From Mobula hypostoma (taxonomy: Eukaryota), in the NCBI RefSeq assembly GCF_963921235.1, contig NC_086097.1, forward strand, positions 65,288,001 to 65,352,000: a DNA stretch of 64,000 nt, given 5' to 3'. Under the pieces are notes generated by a model. That model did no database searches, had not been told where the DNA came from, and saw nothing but the letters and a program-made list of their open reading frames with translations. The translations under genes were made by a program, and so were the position numbers. This document shows, piece by piece, positions 36,560-49,123 of this stretch; the first letter of the stretch is position 1; each line of letters begins with the position of its first letter.

Positions 36560-37136
36560 TGGGTGACGTCAGATGGCAGGTGCGACATGGATATCAAAAG
36601 AAGAATAGGGATGGCAAAAGGCACCTTTACGGGAATGAAGAATATACTGACCAACACTAAACTAGGCATGACAACCTGCCTCAGAGTACTGAAATGTTAC
36701 GTTTATCCAGTTATGTTATATGGCTCAGAATGTTGGACAATATCTAGTAACATGAGGAAACGAATTGAAGCAGCAGAGATGTGGTTTTTGAGGAGGATAC
36801 AATAAATATCATGGACGAAATGAATATCTAACTGAGATGTCATGAACAGAGCAAACACAAAAAGAGAAATAATGTATGAGATCATGAAAAGGCAATGTAA
36901 CTTCATTGGACATGTGATTAGGAAACAGGAGTTAGAATACACAGTAATTATGGGGAAGATTGAAGGGAAGAAAGCAAGAGGAAGACAAAGACAAATGATG
37001 ATGGAAACAGCAGCCAGAGAACTGGAAATGAATACCAATGAATTGATCCACTTGACCCAAAACAGGAGTGCGTGGGCCATGGCAGTCAAAGCTCAAACTG
37101 GGCATGGCACCTGATGATGATGATGATGATGATGAT
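36560..37136 (+). mobile_element. RTE-clade LINE 3' fragment with (TGA)n tail
   Basis: DIKRRIGMAK..LYGSECWT..IEAAEMWFLRR..GKIEGKKARGRQR; TGA repeat at 37112-37136. Confidence 0.92.
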
Positions 37137-39100
37137 AGATTGTATTACAATTATTATCCAAAAATTGAGGTACTTTCTTACTCAGTCAAGAGTTGTTACA
37201 TTTTCCCAAAGAAAATAATAACGATCAATGATTAGTGTGCAGTAGAAGGAATCTGAAATTTGATTTTTTAATTCTCAGCCTATTTGGATATAGAAATGTC
37301 ATTATTCTTTTGAACGCAATTTCATCACACATGGTCTCTCAAGAGAAATCCAAATTGCTTTCCTTTTTTAAAAAATGCACCTATAGGTTTCTGGGGCTTA
37401 TTCAGTCACATGATTTTGAAAATGCGATCATATTCTGAAAAGCAAGATATGTTGTTTAACAACGACAATCCAATAAATAGTCATTTTTCCGCTTTTCTCG
37501 GAGCATTTAAATAAATGTACATGGAAACTGATACGACACCAAAGAATTATTTATTAAGATGAGGATTAGGGTAAGAGGGAGAAAGAAAGATTTTAATTCT
37601 TTGGGCGATTTAGTATATTTTCTTCATTTGTCTAGTTATTTGGAAGTGGTCATCTGCAGAAGGAATGGTTATTGAAATAGTTAAGACTCTATTCAGTCAC
37701 TAGGGCTTTGGATTCCACCAACTCTATAAAATACAGTATTTTGTATAACAGCCTCAATGAGAGAAAAAAACAAATATAACCTCAGGGCTTTTTATGACCT
37801 TCACAAACTCAAGCCAACTGTTAGGCATGAATTTTGACTCTTATTACACCCCTTGCATCCATTATTCCATTTAATAGACACTCATAAAAATACCCAAGTA
37901 GTATTTAAGATGATAGAAACCAAAATTGGTTGCATCCTGATTTCTGAAAATTGCACTAGTTGTCTTTCACCCTTGACACTTCGCTAAAACAAAATACATA
38001 AATCAAATGTAAGCAAGCTTTTAGTTGTTGCATTAATAATTTCATTCAAGTTATTCAAGACTATGATTTTGTAAAATTATTGAATGTAACTTTTTGATGT
38101 AATGATTATCAAGGACACAGAAAATGCTTTTTATGAATCCTTTCCAAAGGCTCATTATGATATCAAAAGTAATCAAAATTCAAAGGTTCAAAAGTTCATT
38201 TTATTGTCAAAGTATGCCATGTACAATACAACTCATATCTCTTCAGATCTCTTCAGATCACCAGGAAATACACATGAAAAGAGAAAGAAGCAAAACTCGC
38301 AGATCCCAGAATCCCCCACTGTCCTCCCCATAGAAAAGTCTGCAAGAATAGAACAAATCTCCACACTCTTCCTGTAGAGAAAAAGTGACAATAACAATCC
38401 CTGACCCCCTCACACACATAAAAAAGCGACAATACAATCCCCAACTCCCTCATTCGCAAAAAATGCTGCTAATTTCAAGATCGAGTTATCCTTAGAAATT
38501 AGATCCTAATCCAGTTCCTACCATAATAGGAATACTTCATTTACAAAAAAAGTTTGCAAAGAGAGTCATCTGGGTACTTAATGCAATGAAGGCGGGTAGT
38601 CATGTGATACTTAAATTATTGTGTTTGCAAAAAGTTTCACATGAATAGATTTGGCAGGAAAGGTCAAATTACTATGTCATTTAAGCAAACTTCAGCTAAG
38701 CAAGCAAAAGCATGTGAGCATGTAATAAAATGTATTATTGTAAGTACTATATATACGAAAAATCCATGAAATAGTTTAAAATTCCAGTACCAATGGATTA
38801 GAATAAAATCGTTTAACTTCAAAAAAAAATTTCCTACTAAATAAAATAGTTTTAATTGTGCAGGAAATATATATGGTTCATGTGGATTTGCTGCATGTTT
38901 AGAGTAATTTATGAGATTTTTTCCAGTAACATAGATTACTGCTAACTTAATAACTTACAAACTATAAATACTTGAAAAATAAATTATAGCACAGTCTTTC
39001 TTCAAGGACCACAAAGGGTTGCTATATTCTCAGAGAAAATTATACTGGTCTATTGTTAAACTTAATAATATGCTATCTTACAATAATTATTGTAAGATAT

Positions 39101-39450
39101 CACAGAGATATGGCATGGAAATAGGTCCTTCAGGACATTAAGTGTGTCAACCATTAACCACCAATTTACACAGATACTACATTCCATTTTTTTATATTCT
39201 TCCCAAATATCCAACAACTTTCTCCAGCATCCATCACTCATCTGCACACCACAGGCAATTTACAATGGCCAAAAAATCTACCAATCTATATGTCTTTAGG
39301 ATGTAGGAGGAAAACTAAGAATCTAGAGGAAACCTATATAGTTAAGGGCAGAACATACAAACTCCATACAAGTAGTACCCAAGGTCAGTATCAGGCGCAG
39401 GTATCTGGCTCTGTAAGGTAGTGGCTCTTATAGGTGTGCCACTCTACTGT
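39101..39450 (-). mobile_element. V-SINE/HE1-like SINE, degenerate
   Basis: Homologous to 6688-6998. Confidence 0.7.
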
Positions 39451-39574
39451 CTGCCCTGAGTGACTGAAACAATGCAATTAATTCTGATCTTCTGTAATTC
39501 TTTTTCAGATTACCCTAGTTTATTTACTTACAAATATAGTTGCTAACATTGAGCTTATGACATGAGTAGTCACT

Positions 39575-39690
39575 TGGAGATCTGAGGGGCAAGTTTTTCC
39601 ATACAGCGGTTGGTGAAAATATGGAACAAGCTGCTAGAGCAGATGGTAAACGAAGATACAATTACAATATTTAAAATGCATTTAGACTGT
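39575..39690 (+). mobile_element. CR1 ORF2 3' fragment
   Basis: GATCTGAGGGGCAAGTTTTTCCATACAG..TGGAACAAGCTG, a typical CR1 FF..RVV..WN region. Confidence 0.65.
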
Positions 39691-40021
39691 ATGTTTCTGT
39701 GATTGAATGGATTTCAAGAAGTACTCCATTAGCTGCAAAGTGCTTTGGACCACCTTAAGTTATGAACCGTGCCATACAACTGGAACTTCTTCCTATTAAC
39801 TCCATTAAAACATGGAATCACTACAACTGATGTTTGGCTGAACTTGTATCCTGTTTCAAGGTTTCAATCCAAATGAATCTATGCTTAAACTGTGTGTTAC
39901 CTGCAGTGAGGAAATAATAATTTATGGCTTCTTTTCTTCTCAGCATTCCCTGGAAAATCCTCTGTTCCTAGATGCAGCGTTGAAGAAAAGGAAATGGTGA
40001 CATAGTCCACTACATTTTTTA

Positions 40022-40264
40022 ATTAGGGGAGAGGGAAGGGAACGTTGACTCAGACCATGAGAGGCCTGCGTTGGGCATTTTCATGCCTTACAATGCGCAG
40101 ATTGGGAGTCTGTGTGGGGTGCCACTCCTCGCACAGACACTAGAGCAGTGTGTGATTAAGTGCCTTGCTCAAGGGCACAAACATGCTGCCACAGCTGAGG
40201 CTCGAACTAGTGACCTTGAGATAACCAGACGAACGCCTTAACCACTTGGCCACGTGCCCAACAC
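40022..40264 (-). mobile_element. tRNA-derived CORE-type SINE (same head as 33605, different tail)
   Basis: A box TGGCCAAGTGG, B box AGTTCGAGCC, core GTGCCCTTGAGCAAGGCACTTAATCACAC. Confidence 0.85.
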
Positions 40265-40351
40265 TTTTTAATTAACTGTACCATAACACTGAAGGATTCC
40301 TTCAGATTTTAAAACTGGATGAGGTTTGACATACGAACAATTGTTAAAATA

Positions 40352-41030
40352 TCTCAGGCAGTCCCTCAGGGTCAAAGATGACTTTCTTCCACTCAGTTTG
40401 TCCAGCATCTTAAGCTGGCTGATGAGGCCAATGTGGGACCAGCAGACTCTGCCACAAGTGGGGCAAGAGAATAATGTTCTGTTTTCATTGATTTTCATGA
40501 AGCCCCCAAATTCACTCAACAGAGAGACTAGGAGTCTCAGTACTCTCCTAGATGCTTCCCTAATATCTTGGCACTTATGAACCAGGGATTCCCAGAAGTG
40601 GGTAGGAACATGTACAATATTTTCTCAAGAGGCCATGTGAACATCCTTGAAACATTTCCTCCATCTTCCTGATAATCTCTTCTTCTGCTGGAATTTGAGG
40701 GAGCATGCTCGATTTGGTATGTAAATGATAAATGCATACAGAGTGGCTCGGACGGTAAGTTTGGGAGAGACTAACACGGACTAATTGATTTGGACGATTT
40801 TTGAAAGAAAATATTTAGTGCATGTCTGGTGCAAACATGGGATCACAGCTGACCAGTTGACCTTCAGATAGTGTCAGTTTAAGGTCTTTATTTTCAAACA
40901 GGTGCTCTGTGGCTAGCCAAAGATGGTGAAAGCATGATGAATTTCATTTTCAATGTCAACCTTTGCTGAGCGGTGACACCTAAGATATGAAAAGTGGTTT
41001 AGGTGGATTGGGCTTCAAAGTGGACTTTAT
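40352..41030 (-). mobile_element. Old RTE LINE fragments
   Basis: CPTCGRVCWSHIGLISQL C-terminus; FSYLG motif near 40985. Confidence 0.6.
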
Positions 41031-42343
41031 TTTCAGAGTGTTGTGTTAAGCAATGGGGACCTCAATTTTCCTTTAGTTAGTAAGCAAGCACTTAAGGATT
41101 AAAACACAGCCTCAACATGTATTGTCTATAATATTAAACTTCAAATTAAAAATCATTTAAAAAAATATCATGCAAGTAATTTGAAGTACTCCAATTATGG
41201 AGATGCAATGAAAAGGAATAGTCTCTTACAATTAACTTCATGGTATTTAGCTTTTTTGAGTCCTATAATCAACTTCTCATACTTTTATTTAATACTGTTT
41301 CTTTGTACTCTGTGTTTTTAACATGTTTTCCTTACAAGATAAAATATCTGGAAAGAATAACTACTTGTACATGCACATCATTTTAAGTGACAATGATAAA
41401 GAATTGTAAATAAATAACCAAATACTCATTTCTGTATCTCTGTCCTGTCTCAAAATGCTCATAATAAACATTCCAGAATCTAACTTTATTTTAAGCTTAC
41501 CAATTAGAAATCTTTTCAAAAAAGAGAATTTTTTTCTAATGTATTTGGCAAATTAAAGAACCACATTTTGGTGAAATGTGAAAGATAGAGCATATACTGC
41601 TTCGAATTTGAATTGCTTAGGCAAATGTATGTAAATAATTGGAACTATGAACCTAGAAATTTTACCTTCCAGCACTCACTTCAAGCACTAACTGGTTTCC
41701 TACACCCTCAATTTAGCAAGTACATTTTTTTGCAGAATTATATTTCTCACCTATACATAGTAGATTAAATGATTATACCAGCATCAACTGCACTTCACTC
41801 AACAGGTGCTGAACTTGAATAGCACAGTGAGGTGCTAACCAGCAGACAGTTGATACTAATCTAAATACGGATCCAATACAGGCACTTATCAAAAAAGCAT
41901 CTATGAACAATCATGGAGAAGCACTCACCCACTTCTCCTCCCTCTAACCTGTAGACCAATAATATACAACACCAATGTAATTTACAGACACAGTGAGATA
42001 ATCAGAGGGATACTGGCACCCACAGTTAGCATGAACCAACATGAATTTCTGCTGTGTCTGAAAACGTTAATTTATTTTGCAATAAAAAGATCAGATATTA
42101 AGAAGATATTATTTATCCTTTGTTAAGTTTTCATTCATTCCCACACAGGTTTTCAAAATATTTATTTGCAGATACTGTATATAAAGTGACAAATGTGTTT
42201 ACAGGATATTAACAGTAAATAAATATCTGCCAAACCAAAATGAAACAGAAAATTAACTGAAGGGATTGCTAATCAATTAAAAACATAAATGTCACCAAAA
42301 AAAATTCAAAAATTTAAATGAACTCCTTCCATTCAAATTAAGT

Positions 42344-42554
42344 TGTTTTTTTTAAACTCCAAAATGAATCAAAAGAAAAACACAGGAGCTGGGAGATAAT
42401 CACGTACCTAGTTACGTTTCTTTAGTGAGGCGTGGACATATGATGTGGTGGCGTTATGCCATTCATGTATTTTACATATATCTCATAATGAACTATGCAA
42501 ACAATGTTTAATCAAACAATATATTTACAATATTACTGAAATACTAAATACACA
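42344..42554 (-). mobile_element. Probable solo LTR (Gypsy)
   Basis: Reverse complement aligns end to end with the 3' LTR at ~60103-60342 (TATTTCAGTAATATT, CCTCACTAAA, GCTCCTG(T/C)GTTTTTCTT). Confidence 0.7.
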
Positions 42555-42789
42555 AGTGGCTCATTAATCTTGTGTCAGTGTGATGGTAGATACTCCACAC
42601 AAGTGGTAAGCAATTCAGCAAATATATGTTTTGCCCTGAGACTCCACATGGAATCAATGTCGGAGCACAGCTACCAGGCCATTGATGGAGCTCCGCTGGC
42701 AAGGTCAAGTTTCTACATTCCTGACTATTGCAGGAAGTAACTGATGGTGGTTCAGCATTGCCTTGCAAGTTCTGGCCCTGGGCTTTTAT

Positions 42790-42990
42790 GAAAATTCAAA
42801 GTCCATAGTAAATTTATCAAAGTACATATACATGAGCAAATGCTGCCTTGAGATTCATTTTCTTGCAGGCATTTACAATTAAAAAAATACAATAGAATTT
42901 TACAAAAATCTATGCATAAGCAAAGACTGACAAACACCATGGTGCAAAGGAAAACAAACAGTACAAATAAACGCTTCGAAATAACATCCA
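42790..42990 (-). mobile_element. Rex1-type 3'UTR/tail fragment
   Basis: Reverse complement resembles the tail at 27400-27492 (GCAAGAAAATGAATCTCAAGG..TTGATAAATTTAC). Confidence 0.55.
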
Positions 42991-45587
42991 CATGATGCTG
43001 TTCTGCAGCACTATAAAAATGTTAGTCCAATGCCAGTATGCCTGCTCATACAAAAAACCTAACAGACAAGTTACAACGCTCAAACTCTGCTTGGTAGAGT
43101 GGGGGGAGGGTTGAGGAGGTGATGGACAGTAGACCTAACATTGTCTATAAGCTTGCTAATTGTTAATTCCAGTCAACATTTATTTCTTCAATCAAAGCCA
43201 TGAGAAACAAATCTGATCATAATTACTTGGCCTTACTGGAAGCTTGCTGTGTGAAAACTGGCATTTCCGTAGGAATGACATTTCATAAAGTATAAAACTC
43301 TTTAGAATGCCCTGGTAGAAGTTAAACAAAAACTCAAGCTATTTTAACAGGAAAATGGTTAATGGCAAATATAAATTAGTATCCAAATACTATCTGTGTT
43401 CCAACATGATTCATACAAAAGCTTGACAGAATACCCATTTCATTTGAAAAGACCATGGAAAGTTTACACAGGCATTTTGTGATTAGCATTGACAAAATAT
43501 TGATCAAAAACAGGAGCTATTGTGACCAGCTTGGGAATCTAAGAAATTTACAGGGAAATGTTGCTTCCCACTTGGCATTGCTGCCTGCCGCACCTCCAAC
43601 AGGGCCCGTAGGTCAGCTGCAGGGTCATCAGCCGAGGACTATCACTCACTGATGTTTCACTCGCTTAGCCCTGGTACATCTCCTGGTGGTGGAGCAGTGG
43701 CAGGGATGTACGTCTCCCTGCACCCCCTACAGCTTCCAATGGGCATAGTCGGTCCCCCAATTTCTATCACTCCTCCTCAGCTACAGCCAAAAGCTGCCTT
43801 TTTTGCTTCTTCAGCCAACAATCCTGAGCCTCACTCCAGTCACTGCCATATCACAGAGTAACCTTGTCCTCGATGTGCCAACAAAGCCCCAGCATCCTAC
43901 CTCCACAGGGTAGATGATGGTCCTCCAGCCAGTTTCCTTACACTCAGCTGCCAGGTCTGAGTATTTTAGCCTCTTCTGCTCATGGGCAGCCTCTACTCCT
44001 TTTTTCCATGAGATGATTAACTCAATGAGGAGGACTATTTTGGTGGCCACGGACCACAGTACTATGTCTAGGTGGAGTGATGTGTTGGTGATTTCTGTGG
44101 GGAAATGTAGCTGTCTGCCGAGATCTGCCCTCACAATTCACTCCTTGCCTGTGGAGAGGAGTCCTGAAGGAGGTCTTGGACGGGTGCATTCAGTGCCCTT
44201 ACCAGCCTGAACAAATGGGATGCATTGTATCCCACTGGGGAAAGGCTGCTTCTTGCATCCTGCCTGCAGGTTTCTGGGATCTGTGCCAGTTTCTTTAGGG
44301 CTTGGTCATGTGGCCATCTGTAGCAGCCTTGGGACAGGGCAGTGTTGTATTCTGTCAGGATATATTGGAGGTTAGCATTGGTGGCATCACATGGGGATGG
44401 GGGGTGGCGGGGGGAGGTGGGAACAGCTAACCTCACTGCCGAACACGTGGTGAAGATTTCAGGGCAGGGCAAGGTATCATAGGTTGTCCTAATGAGGAAG
44501 CTGAGTCTGGTTTGTGGGGGCTTCCACAATGTCATACCAGTGAATGTCCTGTTTATGGTGCCCTCCCATGTTGTCCAGTTTTCCTGCCGGCCTTGTGCCA
44601 TTGCCTTCACCATGTAGTGCTCCTGCTCCGTCCTTGTCACCTCCTCCACTATCATGACTTTCTTTTCTTTCTTCAAGGGCTTGGACCAGAAATGTGCTGC
44701 CTTCTCCCAGCCAAGTCCTGCACATCCATCCTGGACTCTGCCGACAACCTCTTGTTGCTGCAACCTGCTGATGGCCTGGTCTACTTCAGCTTAGGCTCTC
44801 CATTTACGTCTGGTATGGTTTGGGCCATTGGCACTTCTCACCAGCGGGTTAGTGGACTCCCTCATCTCAATGACCAGTGTGTTTTCTCCTGCTTGTACCC
44901 AGGCTGATGGATCTCAGTGGCAGCTGCCTCATGTTCTTCCCAAAGAAGCCAGTGAAAAACACCAAGGCGGCCCCAACCATTTCCAGATATACGAGTTGGC
45001 TATCCCCTCCATCCTACAGCTGTTGATGAGGCAGTTTAACATATTTTCAGGGGCCACATCACCCTTTGATACAGTGTGAACTGATAGCACACACTATCAG
45101 TGAAATTGGCTTTGGTCAATTCTGTCCAGGTCCTCTGTGAGCTGTTTCTGTGCTACTTTTCCCATCTGTCTGTCAGAGAACTCTGCAGTGTACTGCCTTC
45201 CAAGGCTTTGGATGGGCTGCCTAGCCAACAATAGGATTTCCTTGCCCTCCACAACGAAGGTGCTGTTGTCGCTTCTCACCCCTTTTTGGAGGGATTGACT
45301 TCGAGACTTGGAGGGCTTAATCTTCATCCTTGCCTATGTCACCAGCTTATCCAGCCTTTTCAGCAATGTTCTTCTGCATGCAGCCATCTGAGGGATGCTT
45401 GTGACATCATCCACATAACTTCTCAATGGAGGAAGCCTCTATCCTGACTGTAGCTTTATATCTCTAACCACTTGCCTAAGGATGATGTCAAAGGCTGCCA
45501 CATACAGGATGGAAGAGATGGAGCACCCCATTGCAAATGCTTACTTTGAGCTGCAACCAGCCAGTTGGAAAGTCTTGAAAAGAGAAG

Positions 45588-46945
45588 CTCGGGTTCCGGT
45601 GACAGCATCGTTCAGAATGGCAGCTTAAATCAACAGCTCCTCTGGAAAAACACATATTTTGCCCTGTTAATCCATCAAATGTAAGATCTTTCAAAAATAT
45701 CTGAATTGATAAGGGGGGCAAGAATGGGGAGAAAGAATGGAGATAAAAAAAGCACCACTGAGGAGCCTATGGAAGACAGATGTACAGCGTGTGGCTCTCC
45801 TACACATAATAAAAAAAACATTCCAAACTCTGGCTGAGCAGTTGTCCCAAGCTGCTTGGGAAATAGTAAGAGAACCTAGAAAGCAGGGGACGGAAACAGG
45901 AGGAGAGAAGGAATTTAGACTATCAGTTCTCCGAGGGCAGCCCTCACCTCCTCCAGAAGAGCCATAAGGTTTGACTAACTTTAAAAGTGCTGCTAAACTA
46001 AACAGAAGCAAAAATAGACAGTGATATATCTATCTCCAGAAATACGTGTTATAATGTGGATTTTATATTACTGAATTTTTTTTTTAAAAATCATTTATTC
46101 ATTCCCTTTTCCCCACCTAAATGAGAATATATACATGGGAGGAATACACAGGGAAATCATTTCTGTGTAATGCACATAGTTTTTTTTACTTACTTTTATA
46201 GGTACTGCAGCAGGGGCCCTCAACCCACGGGTAGGAGGGGCTATCCCCCACGGCTAGACTTTTCTTCTAGCCCAACCCAGTGTCATCTAGAGACCCCAGC
46301 CTTGGAATCACATCTTCATTACCTTTCTTTTTATTATTCACTTCTCTTGGTTCTTATTTGTTCAGGAGGCAGATCAATTAAGTTATATTCTGCAAATTTC
46401 AATGATATACTAACAGATAATTACACTTAGAGAGTAAGATCATATATTTTGGGTATATACCTCAAGAATGGTTTAAAAGAGATAAATATAAATATTTAAT
46501 GAATGTACTACTGGCGGCTGGTAAAAAGACCCTTACCAGGAAATGGTTGTCTCAGGAGAGCCCAACTTTAAAGGTAAATGTATGGATGGAAATTACAATG
46601 AACATTTACAAAATGGAGAAGGTAACAATATCTGTTAATCATAAGTTGGAACAATTTTATTCATACTGGAAAAAATGGTTTAACTACATAACATCTCATC
46701 GGCCCGATTTTATTCTCACAGTCAATGAATATGTTGTAAAAAAAAATCACTCCCTGCTCTGTACATAGTTTTCTTCTTTCAATTGTTCTTTCTTTCCTCT
46801 CCTTTCTATAAGAATATACTTCAGATAAATATTATGTGGAGATTTGTGACAAATATGATTATAATATATATGTACGGTATCTGAAATACATCTTATGGAA
46901 ATGTTTGTTTGATGATGAAACTCAATAAAAAATAAATTACAAAAA
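45588..46945 (+). mobile_element. L1/Tx1-derived non-autonomous element (both ends kept, ORF1 and ORF2 mostly deleted)
   Basis: 11-bp TSD GAAAAGAGAAG (45577-87, 46946-56); ORF2 C-terminus LLAAGKKTLTRKW..YKMEK..YWKKW; AATAAA and A-rich tail. Confidence 0.85.
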
Positions 46946-47057
46946 GAAAAGAGAAGATCATCTGGAGACCTCTGAAGAAATCAAAAACCAGGTGTCTAAT
47001 GCAGTCAGGAATGTAGAAGAATTCCATCGCAAAATTGAGCTGGTGAGGTACAATCCA

Positions 47058-48790
47058 GTTCTTTAACAGATTTGACATTGTGCCCCCTGCCCATCCCCCA
47101 CGATTCATCTGTTGTCAGCCCCCAACCAACACATATTCCACTCTCTCCTCCTACCCCTCCTCACAGTCCCCCACCCTGCTCTCATGACTATACCGCTTCC
47201 CCACACGAAACCACCACGGTGGGCTTCACAGCTGAACAGGTGAGATGACAGTTGAAACATCTCAACCCAAGCAAGGCTGCAGACCCGGATGGTGTCAGTA
47301 CCAGGGTGCTCAAAGCCTGTGCCCCTCAGCTATGTGGAGTACTTCGCCATGTATTCAACATGAGCCTGAGGCTCCGGAGGGTTCCTGTATTGTGGAAGGT
47401 GTCCTGCCTAGTCCCTGTGCCGAAGACGCCACGCCCCAGCGGCCTCAATGACTACAGACCGGTGGCATTGACCTCCCACATCATGAAGACCCTGGAGAGA
47501 CTTGTTCTGGAGCTGCACCGGCCTATGGTTAGGCCACACTTAGATCCCCTCCAGTTTGCCTACCAGCCCCGACGAGGAGTTGAGGATGCCATAGTCTACC
47601 TGCTGATCCATGTCTACGCCCACCTGGACAAGCCAGCGAGCACTGTGAGGATCATGTTTTTTGACTTCTCCAGTGTGTTCAACACCATCCGCCCTGCTCT
47701 GCTGGGGGAGAAGCTGACAGCGATGCAGATGGATGCTTTCCTGGTGTCATGGATTCTTGATTACCTAACTGGCAGACCACAGTACGTGTGCTTGCAACAC
47801 TGTGTGTCCGACAGAGTGATCAGCAGCACTGGGGCTCCACAGGAGACTGTCTTGTCTCCCTTTCTCTTCACCAGTTACACCTCGGACTTCAACTACTGCA
47901 CAGAGTCTTGCCATCTTCAGAAGTTTTCTGATGACTCTGCCATAGTTGGATGCATCAGCAAGGGAGATGAGGCTGACTACAGGGCTACAGTAGGAAATTT
48001 TGTCACATGGTGCGAGCAGAATTATCTGCAGCTTAATGTGAAAAAGACTAAGGAGCTGGTGGTAGACCTGAGGAGGGCTAAGGTACCAGTGACCCCTGTT
48101 TCCATCCAGGGGGTCAGTGTGGACATGGTGGAGTATTACAAATACCTGGGGATACGAATTGACAATAAACTGGACTGGTCAAAGAACACTGAGGCTGTCT
48201 ACAAGAAGGGTCAGAGCCGTCTCTATTTCCTGAGGAGACTGAGGTCCTTTAACATCTGCCGGACGATGCTGAGGATGTTCTACCAGTCTGTGGTGGCCAG
48301 TGCTATCATGTTTGTTGTTGTGTGCTGGGGCAGCAGGCTGGGGGCAGCAGGCTGAGGGTAGCAGACACCAACAGAATCAACAAACTCATTCGTAAGGCCA
48401 GTGATGTTGTGGGGATGGAACTGGTCTCTCTGATGGTGGTGTCTGAAAAGAGGATGCTGTCCAAGTTGCATGCCATCTTGGACAATGTCTCCCATCCACT
48501 ACATAATGGACTGGTTGGGCACAGGAGTACATTCAGCCAGAGACTCATTCCACCGAGATATAACACAGAGCGTCATAGGAAGTCATTCCTGCCTGTGGCC
48601 ATCAAACTTTACAACTCCCCCCTTGGAGGGTCAGATACCCTGAGCCAATAGGCTGGTCCTGGACTTATTTTCTGGCATAATTTACATATTACTATTTAAT
48701 TATTTATGATTTTATTACTATTTAATTATTTATGATGCAACTGTAATGAAAACCAATTTCACCCGGGATCAATAAAATATGACTATGACT
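47058..48790 (+). mobile_element. Young Rex1/Babar LINE, 5'-truncated RT
   Basis: TSD AATCCA (47052-57, 48791-96); 367-aa open RT; frameshift from a 14-bp duplication near 48337. Confidence 0.96.
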
Positions 48791-49123
48791 AATCCACAGG
48801 CATTCACAAATACCAGCCACGCAACATATAGCTCACCTTTCTCAGAACTGGATTGTTGGATCTAGTCCCATTTCAACCATGCATGTTCCTCACATCCTAG
48901 GAACTCTTGCCTTCTGACTCTGTCAGCTAGTGTCAATGTATCTATTGTCCATGAGATAGCTGGTCATTCTCTTAGCATGACAAGGAAGGCGATTTTCCAC
49001 TTGACGGTCAGCAGTACAATGCACCTGAACTGGTTGATGAAACTGGAGTTCTGCTCTTTGAGGATGAATACCATCAAAACCTTTTGCCACTCTGATGGGA
49101 TGCACTGGTTTTCCAGGCAGTTC

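Noticed and set aside
43625..43658. GAAAC...CTGATGA in the HERO 3'UTR (type II hammerhead order)
   Set aside because: Stem II cannot close next to GAAA; CATCAG/CTGATG is better explained as a simple 3'UTR hairpin.
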